From the sequence record ON239131: 30,272 nt of DNA, one strand, 5' to 3'. This stretch comes from Escherichia phage S164. Made by a program: the position numbers and the translations under genes. Shown piece by piece: positions 17,256 through 25,491 of this stretch (positions are counted from its first letter, which is position 1; the number at the start of each line of letters is the position of its first letter). The notes below the pieces were generated by a model. It made no database searches. It was not told the origin of the DNA and worked only from the letters and a program-made list of their open reading frames with translations.

Positions 17256-19695
17256 CAATGTAAAATTACAGGTATTGCTCAGGGCTGTTGACCAGGCATC
17301 CCGCCCGTTTAAATCCATCCGTACAGCGAGCAAGTCGCTGTCGGGGGATATCCGGGAAACACAAAAATCACTGCGCGAGCTGAACGGTCAGGCATCCCGT
17401 ATTGAGGGATTTCGCAAGACCAGTGCACAGCTCGCCGTGACTGGTCATGCACTTGAAAAGGCACGGCAGGAGGCCGAAGCCCTTGCCACACAATTTAAAA
17501 ATACCGAACGTCCGACCCGTGCTCAGGCGAAAGTGCTGGAATCAGCAAAGCGTGCGGCGGAGGACTTACAGGCGAAATATAACCGCCTGACGGATTCCGT
17601 TAAACGCCAGCAGCGGGAGCTGGCCGCTGTGGGAATTAATACCCGCAATCTTGCACATGATGAGCAGGGACTGAAAAACCGTATCAGTGAAACCACCGCA
17701 CAGCTTAACCGTCAGCGCGACGCGCTGGCGCGTGTCAGTGCGCAACAGGCAAAACTTAACGCAGTCAAACAGCGTTATCAGGCCGGAAAGGAACTGGCCG
17801 GAAATATGGCCTCAGTAGGCGCTGCCGGTGTGGGGATTGCGGCGGCGGGAACGATGGCCGGAGTTAAGTTGCTGATGCCCGGTTATGAGTTTGCGCAGAA
17901 AAACTCAGAATTGCAGGCTGTGCTCGGTGTGGCAAAAGACTCCGCCGAAATGGCTGCACTACGCAAGCAGGCGCGCCAGCTCGGCGACAACACCGCCGCC
18001 TCAGCGGATGATGCGGCCGGTGCGCAGATTATCATTGCGAAAGCGGGTGGAGATGCTGCGGCTATTCAGGCGGCAACGCCGGTCACGCTGAATATGGCAC
18101 TGGCGAATCAGCGGTCGATGGAAGAAAACGCGCAACTGTTGCTGGGGACTAAAGCATCTTTTCAACTGTCAAATGATGATGTCAGCCATGTGGGCGATGT
18201 GTTGTCGGCAACGATGAATAAGTCGGCGGCTGATTTTCAGGGACTTAGTGATGCACTGACTTATCTTGGCCCGGTCGCAAGAACGGCAGGTGTAAGTCTT
18301 GAGCAGGCAGCGGCCATGACAGGTGTGCTGCATGACAATAACATCAGGGGGTCAATGGCGGGTACGGGTAGCAGTGCCGTTGTCACCCGATTACAGGCAC
18401 CGACTGGAAAAGCATGGGATGCACTCAAAGAGCTTGGCGTTAAAACCTCGGACAAAAAGGGAAATATGCGTCCGTTGTTCACCATTCTGAAAGAGATTCA
18501 GGCCAGCTTTGATAAACACAAGCTGGGAACGTCTCAGAAGGGGGAATACCTTAAAACCATTTTTGGTGAGGAAGCCCTGAAATCAGCGAACGTTTTACTG
18601 GCAGCGGCAGCAAGCGGAAAACTGGATACGCTGACCGCCACGCTGAAAGCCTCGGACGGTAAAACGGAAGAGCTGGTTAAAATCATGCAGGATAACCTCG
18701 GCGGTGACTTTAAGGAGTTTCAGTCCGCTTATGAGGCGGTGGGGACTGACCTGTTTGACCAGCAGGAAGGCGCACTGCGTAAGCTCACTCAGACGGCCAC
18801 AAAGTATGTGTTAAAACTCGACGGCTGGATCCAGAAAAACAAATCACTGGCGTCAACCATCGGCCTCATTGTCGGTGGCGCGCTGGCGCTTATTGGCATC
18901 ATCGGTGCCATTGGTCTTGTAGCCTGGCCGGTTATCACCGGCATCAATGCCATCATCGCGGCAGCAGGCGCAATGGGGGCAATCTTCACGACGGTTGGTA
19001 GTGCCGTTATGACGGCCATCGGGGCGATTAGCTGGCCGGTTGTGGCCGTGGTGGCCGCCATTGTCGCCGGGGCGTTGCTTATCCGTAAATACTGGGAGCC
19101 TGTCAGCGCATTCTTTGGCGGTGTGGTTGAAGGGCTGAAAGCGGCATTTGCGCCGGTGGGGGAACTGTTCACGCCACTTAAGCCGGTGTTTGACTGGCTG
19201 GGCGAAAAGTTACAGGCCGCGTGGCAGTGGTTTAAAAACCTGATTGCCCCGGTTAAAGCCACCCAGGACACCCTGAACCGTTGCCGTGATACGGGTGTCA
19301 TGTTCGGGCAGGCACTGGCTGACGCGCTGATGCTGCCGCTTAATGCGTTCAACAAACTGCGCAGCGGTATTGACTGGGTACTGGAAAAACTCGGTGTCAT
19401 CAACAAAGAGTCAGACACACTTGACCAGACCGCCGCCAGAACTCATGCCGCCACGTATGGCACCGGTGGTTATATTCCGGCGACCAGCTCTTATGCAGGC
19501 TATCAGGCTTATCAGCCGGTCACGGCACCGGCTGGCCGCTCTTATGTAGACCAGAGTAAAAACGAATATCACATCAGCCTGACGGGTGGTACTGCGCCGG
19601 GGACACAGCTTGACCGCCAGTTACAGGATGCGCTCGAAAAATACGAGCGGGATAAACGTGCGCGCGCCCGTGCCAGCATGATGCATGACGGTTAA
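17248..19695 (+). CDS. T: Tail tape measure protein
   Basis: 815 aa, same as P2 gpT; helical N-terminus, Gly/Ala-rich hydrophobic central segment. Confidence 0.9.
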   Translation: MSNNVKLQVLLRAVDQASRPFKSIRTASKSLSGDIRETQKSLRELNGQASRIEGFRKTSAQLAVTGHALEKARQEAEALATQFKNTERPTRAQAKVLESAKRAAEDLQAKYNRLTDSVKRQQRELAAVGINTRNLAHDEQGLKNRISETTAQLNRQRDALARVSAQQAKLNAVKQRYQAGKELAGNMASVGAAGVGIAAAGTMAGVKLLMPGYEFAQKNSELQAVLGVAKDSAEMAALRKQARQLGDNTAASADDAAGAQIIIAKAGGDAAAIQAATPVTLNMALANQRSMEENAQLLLGTKASFQLSNDDVSHVGDVLSATMNKSAADFQGLSDALTYLGPVARTAGVSLEQAAAMTGVLHDNNIRGSMAGTGSSAVVTRLQAPTGKAWDALKELGVKTSDKKGNMRPLFTILKEIQASFDKHKLGTSQKGEYLKTIFGEEALKSANVLLAAAASGKLDTLTATLKASDGKTEELVKIMQDNLGGDFKEFQSAYEAVGTDLFDQQEGALRKLTQTATKYVLKLDGWIQKNKSLASTIGLIVGGALALIGIIGAIGLVAWPVITGINAIIAAAGAMGAIFTTVGSAVMTAIGAISWPVVAVVAAIVAGALLIRKYWEPVSAFFGGVVEGLKAAFAPVGELFTPLKPVFDWLGEKLQAAWQWFKNLIAPVKATQDTLNRCRDTGVMFGQALADALMLPLNAFNKLRSGIDWVLEKLGVINKESDTLDQTAARTHAATYGTGGYIPATSSYAGYQAYQPVTAPAGRSYVDQSKNEYHISLTGGTAPGTQLDRQLQDALEKYERDKRARARASMMHDG

Positions 19696-19709
19696 GGAGG
19701 TGACGAAAA

Positions 19710-20189
19710 ATGATGCTCGCGTTAGGTATGTTTGTTTTTATGCGCCAGACGCTGCCACACCAGACCATGCAGCGTGAATCAGATTATCGCTGGCCGTCAA
19801 ATTCCCGTATCGGTAAACGGGATGCCTTTCAGTTTCTCGGTGTTGGCGAGGAAAACATCACGCTTGCCGGTGTGCTTTATCCCGAGCTGACCGGCGGAAA
19901 GCTGACGATGACTACGCTCAGGCTGATGGCAGAGGAAGGCCGGGCGTGGCCGTTGCTGGATGGCACCGGCATGATTTACGGCATGTATGTCATCAGCAGG
20001 GTGAGTGAAACAGGGAGTATTTTCTTTGCAGACGGCACACCCAGAAAAATTGATTTTACGCTGTCGCTCACCCGCGTTGATGAATCACTGGCCGCGCTTT
20101 ATGGCGATATCGGTAAACAGGCGGAATCGCTCATCGGTAAGGCTGGCAGTATGGCGACTAAATTCACGGGTATGACGGGGGCGGGATAA
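19710..20189 (+). CDS. U: Tail protein U
   Basis: 159 aa, same as P2 gpU. Confidence 0.85.
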   Translation: MMLALGMFVFMRQTLPHQTMQRESDYRWPSNSRIGKRDAFQFLGVGEENITLAGVLYPELTGGKLTMTTLRLMAEEGRAWPLLDGTGMIYGMYVISRVSETGSIFFADGTPRKIDFTLSLTRVDESLAALYGDIGKQAESLIGKAGSMATKFTGMTGAG

Positions 20190-21352
20190 TGCTGGATGCG
20201 CTGACATTTGATGCAGGCAGTACGCTGACGCCGGATTACATGCTGATGCTCGACAGCAGGGATATTACCGGCAATATCAGCGACCGTCTGATGAGTATGA
20301 CCCTGACGGATAGCCGGGGCTTTGAGGCTGACCAGCTTGATATTGAACTGAACGATGCCGACGGGCAGGTCGGGCTGCCGGTTCGTGGCGCTGTCCTGAC
20401 GGTGTATATCGGCTGGAAAGGTTTTGCCCTGGTATGTAAAGGGAAATTCACCGTTGATGAGGTTGAACACCGGGGCGCACCGGATGTGGTCACCATCCGC
20501 GCCCGGAGTGCAGATTTTCGCGGGACGCTCAATTCCCGCCGTGAAGGCTCCTGGCATGACACCACGCTCGGTGCGATTGTTGAGGCGATTGCCTCCCGTA
20601 ACAGGCTGGAAGCCAGTGTCGCTCCGTCACTGGCCGGAATTAAAATCCCGCACATCGACCAGTCGCAGGAGTCTGATGCTAAATTCCTGACCCGTCTTGC
20701 TGAACGCAACGGCGGTGAGGTGTCGGTAAAAATGGGAAAACTGCTGTTTCTCAAAGCGGGGCAGGGGGTGACGGCCAGCGGTAAAAAAATCCCGCAGGTC
20801 ACCATCACCCGCAGCGACGGTGACCGCCATCATTTTGCGATTGCTGACCGTGGAGCCTACACCGGCGTAACGGCAAAGTGGTTACACACCAAAGACCCGA
20901 AGCCGCAAAAGCAGAAGGTAAAACTGAAACGCAAAAAGAAAGAGAAACACCTGCGCGCACTGGAGCACCCGAAAGCGAAACCGGTCACGCAGAAGAAAGC
21001 GCCAAAAGTACCGGAAGCGCGCGAAGGTGAATACATGGCAGGTGAGGCTGACAATGTTTTTGCCCTGACCACGGTATATGCCACGAAAGCGCAGGCCATG
21101 CGCGCCGCTCAGGCGAAGTGGGATAAACTGCAACGGGGCGTTGTGGAGTTCTCCATCAGCCTGGCTACCGGTCGGGCTGATATTTACACGGAAACACCGG
21201 TTAAAGTGTCAGGCTTTAAGCGCGTCATAGACGAGCAGGACTGGACAATCACTAAGGTGACACATTTTCTGAATAATAGCGGCTTCACGACGTCCTTAGA
21301 GCTTGAGGTCAGGCTTTCTGATGTGGAGTACGAAACAGAAGATGATGAGTGA
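20189..21352 (+). CDS. D: Tail protein D (late tail / baseplate hub)
   Basis: 387 aa, same as P2 gpD; contains a Lys-rich low-complexity stretch (KPQKQKVKLKRKKKEKH). Confidence 0.85.
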   Translation: MLDALTFDAGSTLTPDYMLMLDSRDITGNISDRLMSMTLTDSRGFEADQLDIELNDADGQVGLPVRGAVLTVYIGWKGFALVCKGKFTVDEVEHRGAPDVVTIRARSADFRGTLNSRREGSWHDTTLGAIVEAIASRNRLEASVAPSLAGIKIPHIDQSQESDAKFLTRLAERNGGEVSVKMGKLLFLKAGQGVTASGKKIPQVTITRSDGDRHHFAIADRGAYTGVTAKWLHTKDPKPQKQKVKLKRKKKEKHLRALEHPKAKPVTQKKAPKVPEAREGEYMAGEADNVFALTTVYATKAQAMRAAQAKWDKLQRGVVEFSISLATGRADIYTETPVKVSGFKRVIDEQDWTITKVTHFLNNSGFTTSLELEVRLSDVEYETEDDE

Positions 21353-21433
21353 TGTTTTTATTTTATCTGTTTGTTTTATAAGGATAAATTGACTAAAATG
21401 GCACCATCAACAAAACCGGAAGAGGTGCTCGCG

Positions 21434-21652
21434 ATGTTTCATTGTCCTTTATGCCAGCATGCCGCACATGCGCGTACAAGCCGCTATATCACTGACACGA
21501 CAAAAGAGCGTTATCACCAGTGTCAGAACGTGAATTGCAGCGCCACGTTCATCACTTATGAGTCGGTACAGCGATACATCGTGAAGCCGGGAGAAGTCCA
21601 CGCCGTCAGGCCGCACCCGTTGCCGTCAGGGCAGCAAATTATGTGGATGTAA
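21434..21652 (+). CDS. ogr: Late-gene transcriptional activator, Ogr/Delta zinc-finger family
   Basis: Internal Met (MFHCPLCQHAAHARTSRYITDTTKERYHQCQNVNCSATF...) of ORF 21371-21652 gives 72 aa with a CxxC...CxxxxC zinc-finger pattern; P2 Ogr position after D. Confidence 0.85.
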   Translation: MFHCPLCQHAAHARTSRYITDTTKERYHQCQNVNCSATFITYESVQRYIVKPGEVHAVRPHPLPSGQQIMWM

Positions 21653-21665
21653 TTACAAACAGAAA

Positions 21666-21690
21666 GCCCCTCAGTCGAGGGGCTTTTTTT
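21666..21690 (+). terminator. Rho-independent terminator after ogr
   Basis: GCCCCTC-AGTC-GAGGGGC hairpin followed by TTTTTTT. Confidence 0.8.
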
Positions 21691-21868
21691 GTCGATGTGG
21701 TCAATGTGTGGACGTGACCAGAAATAAATCCTTTTATTTCATGCAATTAGATATCAAAAAATGTCACCAATAACTGACTTGGTAGCCCCCGCCGCAGCGG
21801 TATTTTCTGTTGTATTACAATTAGTTAAATTACTCATATCGCTTCAATTGGCTCTAGTTAACTCTGGT
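21691..21868. other. Candidate attP region between the ogr terminator and the int 3' end
   Basis: AT-rich non-coding stretch with short inverted repeats (for example TGGTCA...TGACCA) where P2 carries attP; I did not see the P2 core sequence, so the core is not located. Confidence 0.4.
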
Positions 21869-22864
21869 TTATGGACGCATTATGGACATTCCTGACACCG
21901 GGTTAAGAGTCACAGCATCTTGTAAGAAATCCGGTGCAAAGTGTGCGTAGGTCATAGTTTGCTGAATGTTAGAATGACCCAGGATGCGCTGCAATGTGAT
22001 TATGTTACCTCCATTCATTATAAAATGTGTGGCAAATGTATGCCTCAAAACATGCACTGCCTGTCCGTCAGGTAAATCGGGTTTTACTTCCCTGAGAGCG
22101 TTGCGCACTTTGTAGTAACTGGCATTAAAAAGCCTGCCTGAATTTTTGGTCTTGATCCGTTTAATCAGGTCCTGCGAAACGGGAATTGTCCTGCGCTTTC
22201 CGTTTTTAGTTTTCATAAACGTAACCATCTGGTTAATGATGTGTTCAGCTTTCAAATTAGACACTTCACTCCAGCGTCCACCAGTAGAAAGGCAGACCAG
22301 AGTTGCATTTAACTCATCACCATCAAGCATGGATAACAGCCGCGTAATCTCTTCACTGGACAAAAAAGCCATTTCCGTAACAGCTTCACGTAACCGCTTA
22401 ACCTCACGGAACGGGTTGTGAGAGTGATATTCACCGGCGTCAATTAACTTGGTGAACATCCCGCTCATTATTGCCAGATGCCGATTTACGCTGGCTGGTT
22501 TTAGGCCATCGTTCATCATTACAACGCGATAATCAGTTATCGTTTTCTTTGTTAGCTGGTCCGCCCTGGACACTCCCATCTCGGCAAATTTGGCGATTAT
22601 TGTCGTCAAACGCCCTCGTTCAATATCTCCACGCTCATGTGATTTTCCGTGATATATCCACCATCTGCCTAACAACTCTGTAAGAGTTCGGCGGTCGGCC
22701 GGCTTCTCCAACCACTCTTTGTTGTGGTAGTTAACCAGGACATGACGTTCGAATGCTTGAGCTTCACCTTTAGTTTTAAATTTCCGCCTGATACGTTTTC
22801 CATCTGCACCCTGCGGTCTGACGTCCACTTCATAACGACCATCATCGAGCTTTTTAATAGACAT
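21869..22864 (-). CDS. int: Tyrosine-recombinase integrase
   Basis: 331 aa; C-terminal catalytic region HVLRHTFATH...LGHSNIQQTMTYAHF (His-x-x-Arg and catalytic Tyr); transcribed toward the attP region. Confidence 0.9.
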   Translation of the reverse strand: MSIKKLDDGRYEVDVRPQGADGKRIRRKFKTKGEAQAFERHVLVNYHNKEWLEKPADRRTLTELLGRWWIYHGKSHERGDIERGRLTTIIAKFAEMGVSRADQLTKKTITDYRVVMMNDGLKPASVNRHLAIMSGMFTKLIDAGEYHSHNPFREVKRLREAVTEMAFLSSEEITRLLSMLDGDELNATLVCLSTGGRWSEVSNLKAEHIINQMVTFMKTKNGKRRTIPVSQDLIKRIKTKNSGRLFNASYYKVRNALREVKPDLPDGQAVHVLRHTFATHFIMNGGNIITLQRILGHSNIQQTMTYAHFAPDFLQDAVTLNPVSGMSIMRP

Positions 22865-22957
22865 AAAGCCCTCCGATGACGCTGTTTACTTCTACTACTT
22901 GAAAATTAATGCAATTTTCTTTCGTACATTTACTGCACACATATGCTGAATAAATCG

Positions 22958-23269
22958 TCAGCCAGTCTTTTGGTCTGAGTGGTGCAAGGTTGTTGAGTCT
23001 TGCCCAATGTGCGCGAGCGCCGGGGCTATTTGTCCGCCAGCGGGATCAGTTTCATCAAACATGAACCAGTCACGGTACTTGCGAAATCTTTCTGGCTTGA
23101 AAAATTTCATACCTGCGTCAAAAGACATCTTTACTTTTCCCTGCTCATATCCAGCATAGGTGTTGTAGTTAATTCCAGTTAATTCAGCAACTTGCTTCCT
23201 TGTCATTCTTTCTGATTCCCGAATAAGTGCGAGTTTCTCTGCTTGAGATGTGATTTGTGTATTTGACAT
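22958..23269 (-). CDS. C: Immunity repressor C
   Basis: 103 aa; HTH (RKQVAELTGINYNTYAGYEQG); C-terminus GGQIAPALAHIGQD...HSDQKTG resembles P2 C as I recall it; divergent from cox. Confidence 0.8.
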   Translation of the reverse strand: MSNTQITSQAEKLALIRESERMTRKQVAELTGINYNTYAGYEQGKVKMSFDAGMKFFKPERFRKYRDWFMFDETDPAGGQIAPALAHIGQDSTTLHHSDQKTG

Positions 23270-23368
23270 GAATTGTCGCGTAATTTATGTTGTATGCGAC
23301 ACGCCAGAACAACGCAGAGCGGCTTCAAATAGCTCTGATTGAATGGCACCAAAGTTGAGGATATCAAA
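23270..23368. promoter_or_regulatory. Candidate lysis-lysogeny switch region with divergent promoters (Pc leftward, Pe rightward)
   Basis: Intergenic region between divergent C and cox; imperfect inverted repeat GTCGCGTA...TATGCGAC is a possible operator. No promoter elements verified. Confidence 0.4.
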
Positions 23369-23725
23369 ATGAGTATTGGATCAGAAATGAATAACGATGT
23401 TGGAGAAAAAGTATCTGATCTCACAAAAAGTAAAAAATGTGACATCAAACTTGCAGCCGCACCGTCGGATTTGCTCTCGAAAGAGGGTTTTGCTCTTTAC
23501 ATCGGTAAGACGCCTCGTGCTGTTGCTGAAATGGCGAAAGCAGGCAAGTTACCAGCCTTTTATATGACGGACCCATTAAAGCCGGGCGGTCATGCTGAGT
23601 TATGGATTAATCGTCGTGAGTGGGACAAGTACGCAGCCCAGCTAGTTGATGAAGCTCCGACAGAATGGCATGACTGGAAAAATCGCATTAGTTACAGCAA
23701 ATCAAGACATGGCCGTGCGGCTTAA
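23369..23725 (+). CDS. cox: Cox-like excisionase / early regulator
   Basis: ORF 23339-23725; start at 23369 has a GAGGA RBS; ALYIGKTPRAVAEMAKAGKLPAFYMTDP resembles the P2 Cox HTH segment as recalled. Longer than P2 Cox, so start and identity are tentative. Confidence 0.55.
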   Translation: MSIGSEMNNDVGEKVSDLTKSKKCDIKLAAAPSDLLSKEGFALYIGKTPRAVAEMAKAGKLPAFYMTDPLKPGGHAELWINRREWDKYAAQLVDEAPTEWHDWKNRISYSKSRHGRAA

Positions 23726-23735
23726 GGTGGAAAGG

Positions 23736-23906
23736 ATGAACGAGCCTCGTTGTATTGCTCAGTTATTGCGTAACGAAAGCCCCAGGGCGATTGACTTCAC
23801 CATCACCCACGGGAAGGGGCGCAAGGGAATCATTATCCGTACCAAAAAACAGAGTCCGTTAAAAAAGGCTCTGACCTTTCTGAAAAGCCGGAGGGTCTGG
23901 AAATGA
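23736..23906 (+). CDS. Small hypothetical protein (P2 orf78 position)
   Basis: Internal Met of ORF 23646-23906 with a strong RBS (AAGGTGGAAAGG); 56 aa, basic. Confidence 0.5.
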   Translation: MNEPRCIAQLLRNESPRAIDFTITHGKGRKGIIIRTKKQSPLKKALTFLKSRRVWK

Positions 23907-24403
23907 CAGTGATGACGCTTAATCTCGTCGAAAAACAGCCAGCAGCTATGCGCCGGATAATTGGTAAGCATCTTGCCGTCCCTCGCTGGCAGGAGACATG
24001 CGATTATTATAATCAGATGATGGAACGCGAACGGCTAACGGTTTGCTTCCATGCGCAGTTAAAACAGCGTCACGCAACGATGCGTTTTGAAGAAATGAAT
24101 GATGTCGAACGTGAACGACTGGTATGTGCAATTGATGAATTGCGTGGGGCATTCTCAAAACGCCGTCAGGTTGGCGCAAGTGAGTATGCATATATTAGTT
24201 TTTTAACAGTCAGTCAGCGTCGTACTTTATTTATGCATGCCGGATTGACTGAAAAAGAATTCAACCAGCCATACTGGCGAATTAATGAAGAATCATGTTA
24301 CTGGCGTGATGCTTTATTCCGTGCATTACGTGAATTATTCAGCCTGTTTGAGTATGCACCGACAATTCTGACGTCGGTAAAACCAGAGCAATATCTGCAT
24401 TAA
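23903..24403 (+). CDS. B: Replication accessory protein B
   Basis: 166 aa, same as P2 gpB; synteny. Confidence 0.8.
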   Translation: MTVMTLNLVEKQPAAMRRIIGKHLAVPRWQETCDYYNQMMERERLTVCFHAQLKQRHATMRFEEMNDVERERLVCAIDELRGAFSKRRQVGASEYAYISFLTVSQRRTLFMHAGLTEKEFNQPYWRINEESCYWRDALFRALRELFSLFEYAPTILTSVKPEQYLH

Positions 24404-24468
24404 GTAATTAACCAGAGTTTTTAACGCACTTAATTGTGCGGGGGGCTTCTTTTTGCCTGGAGAAAGTC

Positions 24469-24693
24469 ATGCATACAGTTTCTGAAAATCAGTGCGGTAA
24501 ATACGCATTACTGCTGCAACAGGCCAGAACCGAAGCACAGGCCGACGCAGCGACGCGCTTTTCTTCTCATCTTGACGCCATGATTCGCCACATCACAAAG
24601 GCGGAGTTATCCCGCGTGGAGATAGTCGAGCTGCTCAGTCAGGAGTCGGAAAAATTTCACAATATCGGATTGTCTCGCGGGGAGGTGCTTTGA
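24469..24693 (+). CDS. Hypothetical protein (P2 orf80 position)
   Basis: Internal Met of ORF 24436-24693 with RBS GGAGAAAG; 74 aa. Confidence 0.55.
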   Translation: MHTVSENQCGKYALLLQQARTEAQADAATRFSSHLDAMIRHITKAELSRVEIVELLSQESEKFHNIGLSRGEVL

Positions 24694-24995
24694 TGTCCTG
24701 TTCTCGTTCAGTTGTATTACTGAATAACGCCTTAAAAATCGCCGTTATGAAAAATGGCGATTTATCTCTTATTCAACTTGGTCTTGATAAAGAAAAACGC
24801 GAAATAACTGAGTCTGTTATCGCGATTTATCAGAACGAATTAAATCTCCTGTCTGATGTGGTCAATTTACTTGTTAAACGCGCTGTATTTCACAAGCAAA
24901 TCTCCTCCGTGGATGAACTGACGAAATTAACGACAGAAATTGCCAGCTATTGCGCTGATGAATTTAAAAAACTTAACGACAAAAGGAGCTGGTAA
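24690..24995 (+). CDS. Hypothetical protein (P2 orf81 position)
   Basis: 101 aa; translationally coupled to its neighbours. Confidence 0.55.
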   Translation: MMSCSRSVVLLNNALKIAVMKNGDLSLIQLGLDKEKREITESVIAIYQNELNLLSDVVNLLVKRAVFHKQISSVDELTKLTTEIASYCADEFKKLNDKRSW

Positions 24996-25219
24996 TGCCG
25001 GACAACGTAGATTTTATTCAGAAACAACAGGCTGAATTACTGGAGCGCCAGATTAACGCGGCAAGGGTAAAGCATTGCGGTGTTTCTGCGCTGGTTTGCG
25101 AAGAGTGTGACGCGCCAATACCTGCTGCCCGTCGTGCGGCTTATCCGTCAGCCACGCGTTGTGTTTCCTGCCAGTCAGTCTTTGAAGCAAAAAACAAACA
25201 TTACCGGAGAACGTCATGA
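24995..25219 (+). CDS. TraR/DksA-type C4 zinc-finger protein (P2 orf82 position)
   Basis: 74 aa with CEECDAPIP...CVSCQ, a four-Cys zinc-finger pattern typical of phage TraR-like proteins. Confidence 0.65.
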   Translation: MPDNVDFIQKQQAELLERQINAARVKHCGVSALVCEECDAPIPAARRAAYPSATRCVSCQSVFEAKNKHYRRTS

Positions 25220-25491
25220 GTATTCGTATTGAAATTGGCGAACGTTATGTCGTTACCAGTGACAGCTTTCAGTTTATTCTCCACGAGAAAAAGAGAGCTG
25301 AAAGCGGTAAAAACGCCGGTCAGGAATGGCTGGCGGTGGTTGGTTATTACCCGAAATTAAGCCAGCTTGTTTCCGGCCTGATGCATCACGATATTCTGAC
25401 CGGAAGCGCAAAGTCTTTTGCTGATTTAAACGCGCAGGTTGAGCAACTCAGCAAGCGTTGTTCAGAGGCTTTTGGCTCATATGGCCGTTAA
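25216..25491 (+). CDS. Hypothetical protein (P2 orf83 position)
   Basis: 91 aa; overlaps the A start. Confidence 0.55.
   Translation: MSIRIEIGERYVVTSDSFQFILHEKKRAESGKNAGQEWLAVVGYYPKLSQLVSGLMHHDILTGSAKSFADLNAQVEQLSKRCSEAFGSYGR

Noticed and set aside
18789-19418. 209-aa minus-strand ORF inside the tape-measure gene T
   Set aside because: Antisense to a conserved 815-aa gene; Ala/Pro/Ser/Thr-rich translation reflects the complement of a Gly/Ala-rich coding region.
20236-21133. Minus-strand ORFs inside D (20236-20808, 20627-20833, 20857-21099, 20882-21133) and the plus-strand ORF 20424-20690
   Set aside because: They overlap the conserved D gene; several mirror the Lys-rich low-complexity stretch of D as Phe/Leu-rich antisense frames.
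21867-21890. Direct repeat TATGGAC x2 at the edge of the attP region
   Set aside because: It lies within the int coding 3' end (encodes ...SIMRP), so it is most simply coding sequence, not an arm-type site.
24404-24468. Weak hairpin (CGCAC-TTAATT-GTGCG) followed by a G/T-rich stretch after B
   Set aside because: Stem is only 5 bp and the T-run is interrupted; insufficient for a terminator call.
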